Of a stretch of DNA of 53,540 nucleotides, positions 33,051-42,859 are shown piece by piece (position 1 is the stretch's first letter; the number at the start of each line of letters is the position of its first letter). The notes beneath the pieces were generated by a model that worked only from the letters and a program-made list of their open reading frames with translations, ran no database searches and was not told the origin of the DNA. The position numbers and the translations under genes were made by a program. Origin of the DNA: Nemertoderma westbladi (taxonomy: Eukaryota > Animalia > Xenacoelomorpha); the NCBI GenBank assembly GCA_032718475.1, contig JAUCBJ010008329.1, forward strand, positions 1 through 53,540, in the 5' to 3' direction.

Positions 33051-35069
33051 GGCTCATTCCAAAGTAAAGTACGGGACATTCGTACACAATTTTGAACTTT
33101 GATTGCCTGTACAATGTTATCCACAGCACATATGTGCACAAAATTGTGCTTGGAATAAACTTTCGAATATCAGCTTTGATTTCGCGAAGCTTATGGCGGG
33201 ACTTAGTCACTTTTGAGTAAACACCAGCTTGTCCAATTAAGGTAAAGTACGGATTCGTACGAAATGGTTTTTTTTATTTTATGATTTCAATTATAAAGTT
33301 TAGCGAATTGTGCGCAGGTACGGTGTTGAGTTGATGTTTAGGATAAAGCTGTATTATTAAGCTTAAATAAAAATATAAATATCAGACGAATTGCTACATT
33401 GCTAATTTTTTACAGTGTGGTGTGTGTGGTAAAGTATGGGACATTGCTAGATAAAGTACGGGACCTGTACGAATTTTATGGTCAAAATGGTCTCTTACAC
33501 TTACCATAACAGTAATTTCTGGATAATTAGTGATAATAAAGTGCAACTAAGTATTTCCAACCAAGATATGGATGCAAAATGTGGGGCGACCCCCAAATTG
33601 ACCCGAAGTCTTAGCATATGGGTGCCGTTGAGGAGTTGTCTGTCTGTCATCTGTCTAATTTTTGATCGATAATACTGTATAAATCTTGTCATTTATAGAT
33701 GAAATTAAACCAAACCTGGTACGTATGAAGTCTGTCAAAAGTTTGGAAAGAATCTGAGGTTTAATGAATCAAAGGTCACATATCAGACAGTCTGTCTGTT
33801 GGTACCGATAGTTTCAAAATTTTGATAAAAACCGAAATAAGTCCGCCAATTATTGATGAAATATAACCAAACTTGGTACACATGTAGTCTGTAAAAAGTT
33901 TAGAAATTCTTTCCATTTTTCTGAAAATGTATCAATTACTGTACTTACCGATCTTCTTATCTGCTAAAAAACTACATTCTTTGAAATTTGTTGTAAAGTA
34001 CGGGACTTTACATGCATAAACTCAAAGATTAGTTAACTGAGGAATGATTCTTAGTTCAAATACATACTTCTATGCTTCCCCCTACTATCACCCTAAAGCA
34101 TTATAACACTCCTGAACTCCAGGTTTCATATATTACATTAATACAGTGCACTAAAATGTAATCGCCATTATAATGGTAAAGTATGGGACAATTTTCAATT
34201 GGCCGTCATGTTTCTAGGGAGTAGATTATGAAACTACAGGTAATTGTTTCTTAAGATGACGCAACACAAACGAGCTTTGCATTCCTCTGGGTGATTGGGA
34301 CTGGGTGGGTTAGACTACTTCTCTGTGTATAAATTAAAAATTTCGTTGTTTTTTGGTAAAGAATGGGACTTTACATGCATAAACCCAAAGATTTCTTGAC
34401 TGAGGAATGATTCTCAGTTCAAATATAGACTCATATTCTTACGGCCTACTATGGCCTTAGAGTATTATAACACTCCTGGCTTCACATATTAGATTAATAC
34501 AGTGCACTAATATAATCGCATTTTAATGGTAAAGTATGGGACAATTTTCAATTGGCCGCCATGAAAATTCTGAGGGAGTGAAGATGAAACTAATTGTTTT
34601 ATACGATGACGCAACACAAACGTGCTTTGCATTCCACTGGGTGATTATGCTGAGTTACATCTCTGTGAATAAACTAAAAATTTCACTATTTTAGGTAAAG
34701 TATGGGACATCACATGATTAACTTGATCGATTTCATTACAAAGGAATGAAACACCCGTGAAATTAAATGAAACCAAAAAAATTCGAAAATGGGTTTGTTT
34801 TTGATTTGGTACATGCTCAGAAATGTTAATTTATTGGTCATAGGAAGTCCCTACAGGAAACGAAACTTTTGCACACTTTTATTCACATTTTGTGCAGAGC
34901 AGGTGCATAATTTGTAATTAGACTATTTTTGAGAAACCACCGTGTTGATACAATTTTTAGCACTGAATTAAAAAAGTACGATAAATTTCGACCTAAAAAA
35001 GTATAAATTAAAAGCTACATCTCATTTTTCGAAATTAGTGGGGAGGTTGACCTTTTCATGGAATGAGCC
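33051..35069. mobile_element. Non-autonomous DNA transposon with a 4-bp TSD (Sola-like)
   Basis: TIR GGCTCATTCCA / TGGAATGAGCC, TSD AATA and about 8 AAAGTAYGGGAC motifs. Internal ~360-bp duplication (~33990-34350 versus ~34355-34710). Confidence 0.75.
33580..33930 (+). mobile_element. Helentron/DINE-like non-autonomous fragment
   Basis: CTTAGCATATGGGTGCC head, (GTCT)n tract and repeated GATGAAAT..ACCAAACTTGGTAC units. Homologous to 38703-38870. Confidence 0.5.
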
Positions 35070-35132
35070 AATAGTTAAATAACATTTAGGGTGTTCTATA
35101 ACTAGTTTTGTTGCCTTAATAACAATGACCAA

Positions 35133-35420
35133 GCAGCAGCTTGGTCTAGTGGTGACATTACTGTGCTTCCGATTAGGGAGCCCTGGTTCGATCCCTACTG
35201 TAGATGGGGCAGCACTGTTTGGGCACAGTGCTTTAAATGCTACAGCCTAGCCCAACCCCGGCTTTCATCCTTTAGTGGTCGATAAATGGGAACCAAGGCA
35301 ACTTGGGAAACAGAGTGGAAGGGATTCCTTTGGAAGATCACCCATGGTGGTGAACAGGCATTCCTTGGCTTAACGAGCCTAAAAGATTATCCCATTCATT
35401 AAGGTTTAAAAGGTGAAGTG
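35133..35420 (+). mobile_element. tRNA-derived SINE with a Meta-like core domain (SINE 1)
   Basis: A box TGGTCTAGTGG (35142), B box GGTTCGATCCC (35185) and core GCTTTCATCCTTTAGTGGTCGATAAATGGGAACC. Confidence 0.85.
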
Positions 35421-35595
35421 GCATACGGTACTGTAGCAAAATTATGCTTATAAAATTTGTTATATTTTAGAATGAAACTGTTTATTTACTTTATATGGTA
35501 TTAGGTAGTGTATTGGTTGTGTATTAGACCTGACTCTTTTCAGGTTAATAATATTGTTGGTTATAGAATAACACATTGAATAACTTATAACCAAA

Positions 35596-35875
35596 GGTTC
35601 CACCTTGGTGTAGTGGTTGCATTGCATTCACATCTCCCGTAGGTCGTGGGTTCGATCCTCACATGGGCCAGGGCAGTTTTCGTTTCGGCACGAATGCTTT
35701 AAAGGGACCAGCCAGGGCGCATCTCTGCCTTGCATCCTTAAGTGGTAGCTAAATGAGTACTGGAGTTTCCTCTGTGGAGTAAAGTTCTGGGGGGACCGCA
35801 CTGGAAATAAGTCGTCAGACTTTGTGCGTAATCCCTGGTCTTAGCGGCCGAAGAAAATTTACTTTTTACTTTTTT
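35596..35875 (+). mobile_element. tRNA-derived SINE with a Meta-like core domain (SINE 2)
   Basis: A box TGGTGTAGTGG (35606), B box GGTTCGATCC (35649), core CTCTGCCTTGCATCCTTAAGTGGTAGCTAAATGAGTAC and a (TTTTAC)n-type tail. Confidence 0.88.
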
Positions 35876-35926
35876 CACATTTATCTGGCACTAGCCAATA
35901 AACACATTTATCATATAGAATAACAC

Positions 35927-37599
35927 GGTACTGGTGCGCAGTATGCGTACATACACCCCCACCAATTGTTTGTACTTATTAGTTTTTGAAAATTTCTTTT
36001 ATTGTACTGTTCTAGAACATGTTAGCTATTTGTTTCTTAAAATAAGTGTTCTAGAACAAATATTTTTTCTGGAACAGTATATAAGAATATTTGAATTTCT
36101 TGTGTAAAAGCTTTTGCGGACATAACAAGTCATTTTTACGCAATGCGCAGAATACTCTAAAATAGCCCTAAATTTATCCAACTACGCGACGGGAGGGAAT
36201 TAGAACCAAGATGACGAAATCTGTCAGCTGATTCTTTGTGGACGTGGAGTTTCTTTGTTCTGCCTCATTCAGCCAATCAGAGCGATTTTCGCTTTATGTC
36301 TAACAGAAACCTATGGAAACTCGCGCAATGCATTACGGTCTTTGTTTACCATTTTCTGAGCATCAGAGCCAGCTCGGAATTTTCTGTGCTTCTGTGTGGA
36401 AGTTTCAGACTTTGTCCTAGGAACATCAGATGGCCTTGATTATAAGAACGTAAAACTATTAACATGGAACACTGATCATACTCATTTTACACCTAACTTG
36501 TCATTAACTGACTGCATATTACTGAATCACTGCACTACTTCTGTTTACAGTCTTTTAATAATTGTTGTTATATTAATGGATATTGCTGTTATATTTGGAG
36601 AATACCGATAAATAATCATAAACCCCTCAATCTTCTTGATTACTGAGGTAAGAGGAACAGGTTTACCGGTAGCAACTGCGACTTAAAAATAATAGTGGTT
36701 TTGTGTGAATTAAATTGTATTTCATAATCCCTACGTGTGTCAGTTGCGATCCTCCTTATATATGATCAAATTCAGTGACGGTCGGCAGATTAGTGCGAAG
36801 TAGTGTGAAGTAGTGCGAAGGTTAATAAAGCATCTCCTAAAGAATGCGCTATTTACGAAACTCTGTGGCCATCTAGTTGTGAGTAGTATAAGTCATAACT
36901 CTGTTTTTATACTTAAAGCGCCACGTCCTAAAGGAACTGTTAATTTTTCCCCGAAAGTAAATATATTTGTCAGAGATTATATAGTAACGATCAATCGAAT
37001 AATACAGTAGGTCTACACTGCAATAACTCTCAAGGAATCCGAATCCAGTCTCCCACACCGTGGTGGGTCATACGCCGCGCACGGACTGGCTTCGGCTGAT
37101 GTAACTTCAGTACACTAGGTAATTGATATTGGCTAAAGTCGATTTATAAACAAGAGGACAACTAAAATTGGCAGGTTAAACTGCTAAAGGTCTAAAAGCG
37201 CGAACATCTTGCAACATTCTAGAACATTGAAACTAATACATGTACTTTAATGACTGTAATATACGAAACTATATTTCTATCGAAATCTATTGGTTAAAAG
37301 ATTAAAATTTATTAAATACCATAAATCTTAATAGCTATCATCATAATTTAATTGAAAAATTTCAAAATATAAAAAAAAATATTTTATGTATTTTATACAC
37401 GTTTTATAACCATCCCTTTCTTTTTAAATACAAATCTGGCTTTTGTCTAAAAAGTGTTCTAGAACAAAAAATATTTGTTCTAGAACATTATTTTTTCAAA
37501 ATAAAATAGCTAACATGTTCTGGTTCATTAAAAAAAAATCACAAAAACTAGCCCGTAGATAAATTTTGGTGGGTGGTGTACGCATACTGCACCAGTACC
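35927..37599. mobile_element. Non-autonomous DNA transposon, probably Merlin family
   Basis: TIR GGTACTGGTGC(GC)AGTATGCGTACA extending imperfectly for ~150 bp and a 9-bp TSD GAATAACAC / AAATAACAC. A faint minus-strand remnant near 37030-37075 resembles the Merlin VDW...LREL motif. Confidence 0.8.
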
Positions 37600-37794
37600 A
37601 AATAACACATTTCACTGGCACAGCCAATAGGGCCTACTACTGAGGAGAGAGAATAACACATTTATCATATAGAATAACACATTTCACTGACACTAGCCAA
37701 TACTACTGAGAGAGAAACTGTCATTCTGTTCTGTTCATCCGCATAAAATATACAATCTACTGTACTAGCTGACGCTGACATACAGTACCCAGGG

Positions 37795-38202
37795 ATGTCG
37801 TCTGAAACTTCAATACCCTTCAACAGGAAAGCATCTAAAAAGAAACTTAAAGGTTTTGAAAGGCGTCTGAAGAGGTTTCGAATAATCTTGAGTATATCAG
37901 TTGCAGCGATTTTGGTTCTAATAGTAGCGGTGGTAATTTTTTCAATGTTAAACATCTATTTCTTCAAAAAGTCCATATACATATTCCCACTCCCAGCACC
38001 AAAGAAAAGCGAAATCGAAAAAAAAACAAATGGTACCGGTATCTATTGTGAAGGCATGGCGGAGGATGACACCTACATAAACAATATTGTTGGAAGAAAT
38101 AATGATCTTGAAGAACTTGTAACAGAAGTGAAAAAAAAGAAACTGGAAAATGACGGGTTACAATCAGAAATCAACAATCTAAGAAACATATATGCTAATT
38201 AA
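37795..38202 (+). CDS. Orphan 135-aa type II membrane protein (basic tail, one TM helix, C-terminal coiled coil)
   Basis: Intact ATG-to-TAA ORF: Lys/Arg-rich N-terminus, hydrophobic IILSISVAAILVLIVAVVIFSML, an NGT sequon and a heptad-rich C-terminus. CCAAT motifs upstream. Expression unknown. Confidence 0.55.
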   Translation: MSSETSIPFNRKASKKKLKGFERRLKRFRIILSISVAAILVLIVAVVIFSMLNIYFFKKSIYIFPLPAPKKSEIEKKTNGTGIYCEGMAEDDTYINNIVGRNNDLEELVTEVKKKKLENDGLQSEINNLRNIYAN

Positions 38203-38702
38203 ATAAGACTTATATGCTTTACTGTATAATTGTAACCTTCAAGGCAGTGTCGCTTATGTAATTAGTTTTGAGATAATGGATAAAAACAAAAAATCTAGTT
38301 AAGGCGCTTCGTTTTGATTTAAAACCCTATTTGGTCTTCGGGTTATTTTATAAATTTTTCTTATTGTTTTAAAATGGAATAATACGGATGACCTGGAAAC
38401 CTGAAGATAATTATAATCTGTAGGCTACCGTCATTAATTACTGGGGCTGTAGGCTGAAATACAGTAGTTATATATCTCGAACAAACAATAATTATATGTT
38501 ATCATCAATTCTAACTTTTTGTTTATTGCTGGGGCACCAACCTGTAATATATCCGTATAATCGTGGTTTTTCGAGAAAATATCGGCCTACTACAACTCCA
38601 TCCGAACATGAATTATTTAGATGTAAAATATTTATTGAAAAATATTATGAGATTATACTAGCTAGTTTACTGGCTTTATACTAGCTAGATTACTGTACTG
38701 TA

Positions 38703-38996
38703 GGGCGAGCCACGAAGTGAGCAAAGCCTTAGCATATGGGTGCCATTGGCGAGTTGTCTGTCGTCGTTGTAAATTTTTGATCGCTAATAACTCGGTTATT
38801 CCTTGATGAAATTAAACGAAACTTGCTATGTATGTAGTCAGTTAAAAGTTTAGAAAGAATCTGAAGTTTAGTCAAAAACGAACGAACGCAACGAGGCACA
38901 AGAGGAGGACGATTATTGTGTTGAAGACTTCTGACTAACGGCAGACAAGTCGTTAATGGTACCCATATGCTAAAGGCTTTGCTCACTTTGTTGCCC
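38703..38996. mobile_element. MITE-like palindromic element made of two head-to-head DINE-like ends
   Basis: AAGTGAGCAAAGCCTTAGCATATGGGTGCCAT versus ATGGTACCCATATGCTAAAGGCTTTGCTCACTT. Confidence 0.7.
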
Positions 38997-39176
38997 AAAG
39001 ACCCCACGAACGTGTAGTAATTGCTTACACTGTGCTAATAAAACTACCGGTTGATTGATGTGAGCCTGTAAGGGCTCTTATATTTTGTTCCAGAATGACC
39101 GCACACAATTTACAGACAATATTTAAATAAACAGTAGTTCACAAAACAAATTAAAATATAATTCACCTTGAGAGCA

Positions 39177-42100
39177 TTTCAAATTTGTTTGTATGTTCTG
39201 CAATTTTTTTGTGTGCTATTATGTTTAAGTGCCCTGGCAGGAACTGACAGTAGCGGTAGCTAGTAATGCCGGTTCCTGCCATCGGTCAATCAGGGGTGGG
39301 TGGGGGAGGGGGGGGGGGGGGGGGGGAGAATTTCAAGGGATGCCGCCAGCCACTACTAAGTTCAATTCTGCCATATCCATAACCATAACCAATAGTTGTA
39401 TTCCAACTATTTTTTACCTGTGATATCTGTTGTAAATAATTAAATTCTTATTTTTTGGAAGATTAGGTTTGATATTTATTTGTATTTAATTTATATCATT
39501 TTTGTTTTTACTGTAGTTCATTAATTAATTTGATTTTTAGTTTCCTACCTAGTGTTTTTTTCGATTTGCTTTGTTTTATGTCGGTGTCTAAGGAGTTCCA
39601 GACAATGGCGCCGTGATATTTTAATGAATTTTGAGTTAGTAATAGTCGGGTCCGAGGTATAAAGTAGTTTTGGCGTGTCGTTGATCGAGTATTGTAAGTA
39701 TGTAAAGTGGATGTTTGTTGGAACAATGATGTTATAAAAGATCGTTTTTTGTTATTACGGATTTCCCAGATTAGTTTAGCTGTTTCAAGTATGTGTAATT
39801 TGTCTATAGGTAGTATATTTAATTGTCTGTATAGTGGTGGTGCATGTTTCCGGTAGTGACTGAAGGTAATTGCTCTAATTAATTTGTTTATTTTAGTTTT
39901 AATCGGATTAATATGAACATGTTTAGCAGTTCCCCAGATCACTATACCGTACGTAATATATGGTTGTATCAAAGCGTAGTAAAGTAATTTCATAATGCCT
40001 AATGGTAGGATGTGACGTAACTTGAAGAATATACCTATAGATTTTGAGATTTTTTTTAGTACATACGCGCAGTGATTTTTCCATGTAAGTTTGTTATCTA
40101 TCCATATTCCTAAAAATTTTGTTTGAGTTACTTTCTTGATTGGTAAGTTTTGCATATTTATATTGTTATTTATAGGTTCCTTTTTAAATGTAAAAATTAG
40201 GTGTTCTGTTTTTTTAAGGTTTAAAGAGAGCTGATTGTCAGTAAGCCATTGTTCGACCTTTTGGAGTTCTGTGTTTACAGTGTCAGTCAGTATGGTCGGG
40301 TCTGTATGGCTGTAAAGTAGGTTAGTGTCGTCTGCGAATAGGGTTGCTAGTAGTGTTGTACAATTGGGTAGGTCGTTAATGTAAAGTAGGAATAAAGTGG
40401 CGCTCAGTATTGCTCCTTGTGGGGTTCCACAGGGAGACAGTATCGGTTCTGATTTTGTGTTGCCTATTGAAACAAAATGTGTGCGGTTATTTAAGAAACT
40501 GGATATTAGTTTATGAGGGAGACCCCGTATACCGTAGCATTCTAGCTTATTTAGAAGTATTTTATGTTGTAAAGTATCGAAGGCCTTTTTAAGATCTATA
40601 GAGATTAGGCATGCTGAGTCTTGGGAGTCCAGTATTTGTTGTAGTCTTTCAGTAACTGTGAGTATGGCGTCTGTGGTTGTTGAGTGCGTTCGGAATCCGT
40701 ATTGACAGTCTGATAGTATAGAGTATTTGTTTAGATATGATAGTAATTGTGAGTTTATGACGCGTTCAAATAGTTTACTAAATAGCGGTAGTATTGAGAT
40801 TGGTCTATAGTTATTTTTATCAGTAGGGTCGCCAGATTTAAAGACAGGGGTAATTTTTGCTGACTTGAGAGTAGAAGGGAAGAAACCGTTTTTAATGGAG
40901 AGATTAATTAAGTAAGTAAGGTGAGGGGCGATGTCATATGCAGCTAATTTAACTATTTTTATAGGGAAACTGTCGTTTGTAGAGCAGGAGTTGTTAAGAT
41001 CCAGTATGTTATAAATAGTTTCTGTGGTAGATGTTTCAATAAGACTGAGAGAGTTCGGTTTTCGGTGATTAATAAAGCGTGTGGGGTTTCTGTTTGTAGT
41101 CGGTATGTTTTGAGCTAAGCGTGGTCCAATAGTGGAGAAGTGGTTGTTAAAAACACTGCAAATCTCCTCTGGGTCAGTAGTTTCAATCTCCCTTCCATTT
41201 TTTGATACCGTAATTTTTTTTGGTGATGATTTTAATTTTGTTTTTTTTAAAGCCATATTTATAGTTTGCCACGTTTTCCGGGTGTTATTTTTATTTTTAT
41301 CGAATTGCTTTTTAAAGTATAATTTTTCAGCTAGTTTTAAAAGTTTAGTTAGTTTATTTCGATATTTTTTGTATTCATTTAACTTGACATCTGTCATATT
41401 TTTTGATAGCGCGGCATACATTTTATTTTTATTTAACGTTGATTTTATTAGTCCATCGGTCATCCACGGTTTTCTTGGAATTTCTTTTTTTTGTAGTTCT
41501 TTTTTTGGTAGATGGGTGTTTGAAATTAATTCAAAATTTTTATAAAACTCGTCAAATTTATTTTCGGTTGTAAGATTTTTATTTGTGTATGTCCAAGTGT
41601 TAGGGTTTTGTAAATCTCTTAAAAAGGTTTCTTTGTTAAATTTCGAATAGTCAAATACGTAGAGTTTGTCTGGCTGGTTAAAGAAACATGAGTAATTTTG
41701 GATTATAACAAATGAGGATAAATGATCGGTTGTTCCTACTTCCGTTAAAAATACACCCGGTGTTAACATTCTATCATGTATATTAGTTGTTATATGATCT
41801 ATAAGTGTTTTGGAATGTGGGGTGATTCTCGTTGGTACCTTAATGAGTTGTTCGAAAGAGTTTGATTCTAAAGTTTGCAAATAATTTGTAGAGTTATTGG
41901 TATTTTTTAGTAGGTCTATATTAAAATCTCCCGTTAGTATGATGTCAACATTTTCATTGGATAAATTGAAAAGAGTATTATTTAGATTTTCAAGGAAACT
42001 GTGTAGATCACAGGAATCAGGGCGGTATATAGTACCTATTATTAGTGGTTTTTTATTTTTTTTATTTTTTGATCTTGAAATTCTAACCCAGGAAGATTCA

Positions 42101-42570
42101 CAATGTTCGATTTTAATATCGCTTAGGTGGGTGAAGTCTAGCCCATGTTTGATGTAAATGGCTGTCCCTCCCCTGTCCCGTTTCCCGTATTGTCTGTTTG
42201 TTATTGTCGGCTGTGAGTATCCTGCTATGTTTATCATCGTAAGGTTAGTATTGTCTGTTAGAAAAGTTTCTGTAAATGTAAGTACGTCAAACTGTTTGTT
42301 TAGTAAATCAAGGTAGTCAGTTGTTGCGCTAAGGTTTTTATTTAAGCTCCTACAGTTTAGGTGGTATACTGAGAATGATGAATAATTATTTGGAATGTTA
42401 TTAAATTTTTGCTCAGAGAAGTATTTACCGTCAGTATTGTTAGAGTTCAAATTTTGGTCAGGATCTACGTTTTGAAATGTGGCGTTTGCATCAGTATAAT
42501 TGTCTGGTAGGAGAGAGTTGTCATTGTTAGTGTTATTGTAAAATATATCAGTGTCATGTGTTTGTCATGT
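39177..42570 (-). mobile_element. Young 5'-truncated CR1-group (Crack/Daphne-like) LINE
   Basis: Intact ORF2 and a 3' UTR with a poly-C tract and a stem TGGCAGGAAC / GTTCCTGCCA (39235-39281). No ORF1 upstream. Confidence 0.88.
39508..42450 (-). CDS. Intact LINE ORF2: APE endonuclease plus reverse transcriptase (frame open up to 42564)
   Basis: HLNCRSL, TET, YRP, GDFN, LIDH and TDH (APE); NYRPISIL, QYGFR, DLKKAFD, PQGAIL and FADD (RT). No stop in ~1018 codons. Confidence 0.96.
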   Translation of the reverse strand: MNSNNTDGKYFSEQKFNNIPNNYSSFSVYHLNCRSLNKNLSATTDYLDLLNKQFDVLTFTETFLTDNTNLTMINIAGYSQPTITNRQYGKRDRGGTAIYIKHGLDFTHLSDIKIEHCESSWVRISRSKNKKNKKPLIIGTIYRPDSCDLHSFLENLNNTLFNLSNENVDIILTGDFNIDLLKNTNNSTNYLQTLESNSFEQLIKVPTRITPHSKTLIDHITTNIHDRMLTPGVFLTEVGTTDHLSSFVIIQNYSCFFNQPDKLYVFDYSKFNKETFLRDLQNPNTWTYTNKNLTTENKFDEFYKNFELISNTHLPKKELQKKEIPRKPWMTDGLIKSTLNKNKMYAALSKNMTDVKLNEYKKYRNKLTKLLKLAEKLYFKKQFDKNKNNTRKTWQTINMALKKTKLKSSPKKITVSKNGREIETTDPEEICSVFNNHFSTIGPRLAQNIPTTNRNPTRFINHRKPNSLSLIETSTTETIYNILDLNNSCSTNDSFPIKIVKLAAYDIAPHLTYLINLSIKNGFFPSTLKSAKITPVFKSGDPTDKNNYRPISILPLFSKLFERVINSQLLSYLNKYSILSDCQYGFRTHSTTTDAILTVTERLQQILDSQDSACLISIDLKKAFDTLQHKILLNKLECYGIRGLPHKLISSFLNNRTHFVSIGNTKSEPILSPCGTPQGAILSATLFLLYINDLPNCTTLLATLFADDTNLLYSHTDPTILTDTVNTELQKVEQWLTDNQLSLNLKKTEHLIFTFKKEPINNNINMQNLPIKKVTQTKFLGIWIDNKLTWKNHCAYVLKKISKSIGIFFKLRHILPLGIMKLLYYALIQPYITYGIVIWGTAKHVHINPIKTKINKLIRAITFSHYRKHAPPLYRQLNILPIDKLHILETAKLIWEIRNNKKRSFITSLFQQTSTLHTYNTRSTTRQNYFIPRTRLLLTQNSLKYHGAIVWNSLDTDIKQSKSKKTLGRKLKIKLINELQ

Positions 42571-42859
42571 GTTGTCTCCAGCTGATGTTTTGGGCTGCCT
42601 TATAGACATCGATTTGTATATTATTCAAATTAATTGATATTATAGTGATAATTTTACCATTCCGTTATTGAACGAAAGTTATTAAGTAGGTATTTCCATA
42701 TATTATAGGTGAAAATTCCAACAAACTATGGTCGGATATGGCGGATAAAATTCCATTTAATTAAAATTAATAAGTAAGCACGATAGGATTTAGTCCATAA
42801 AATTCAGTTATGACACAGTTTAAAATGCATGGGTCCGAGTAGGACCCTATTAAAATACA

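Noticed and set aside
35133-35670. tRNA genes
   Set aside because: A and B boxes are present, but the cloverleaf stems are degenerate and both continue into SINE bodies.
40410-42157. Plus-strand ORFs opposite the intact ORF2, and similar antisense ORFs over other TEs
   Set aside because: These are shadow ORFs of real coding strands with no motifs.
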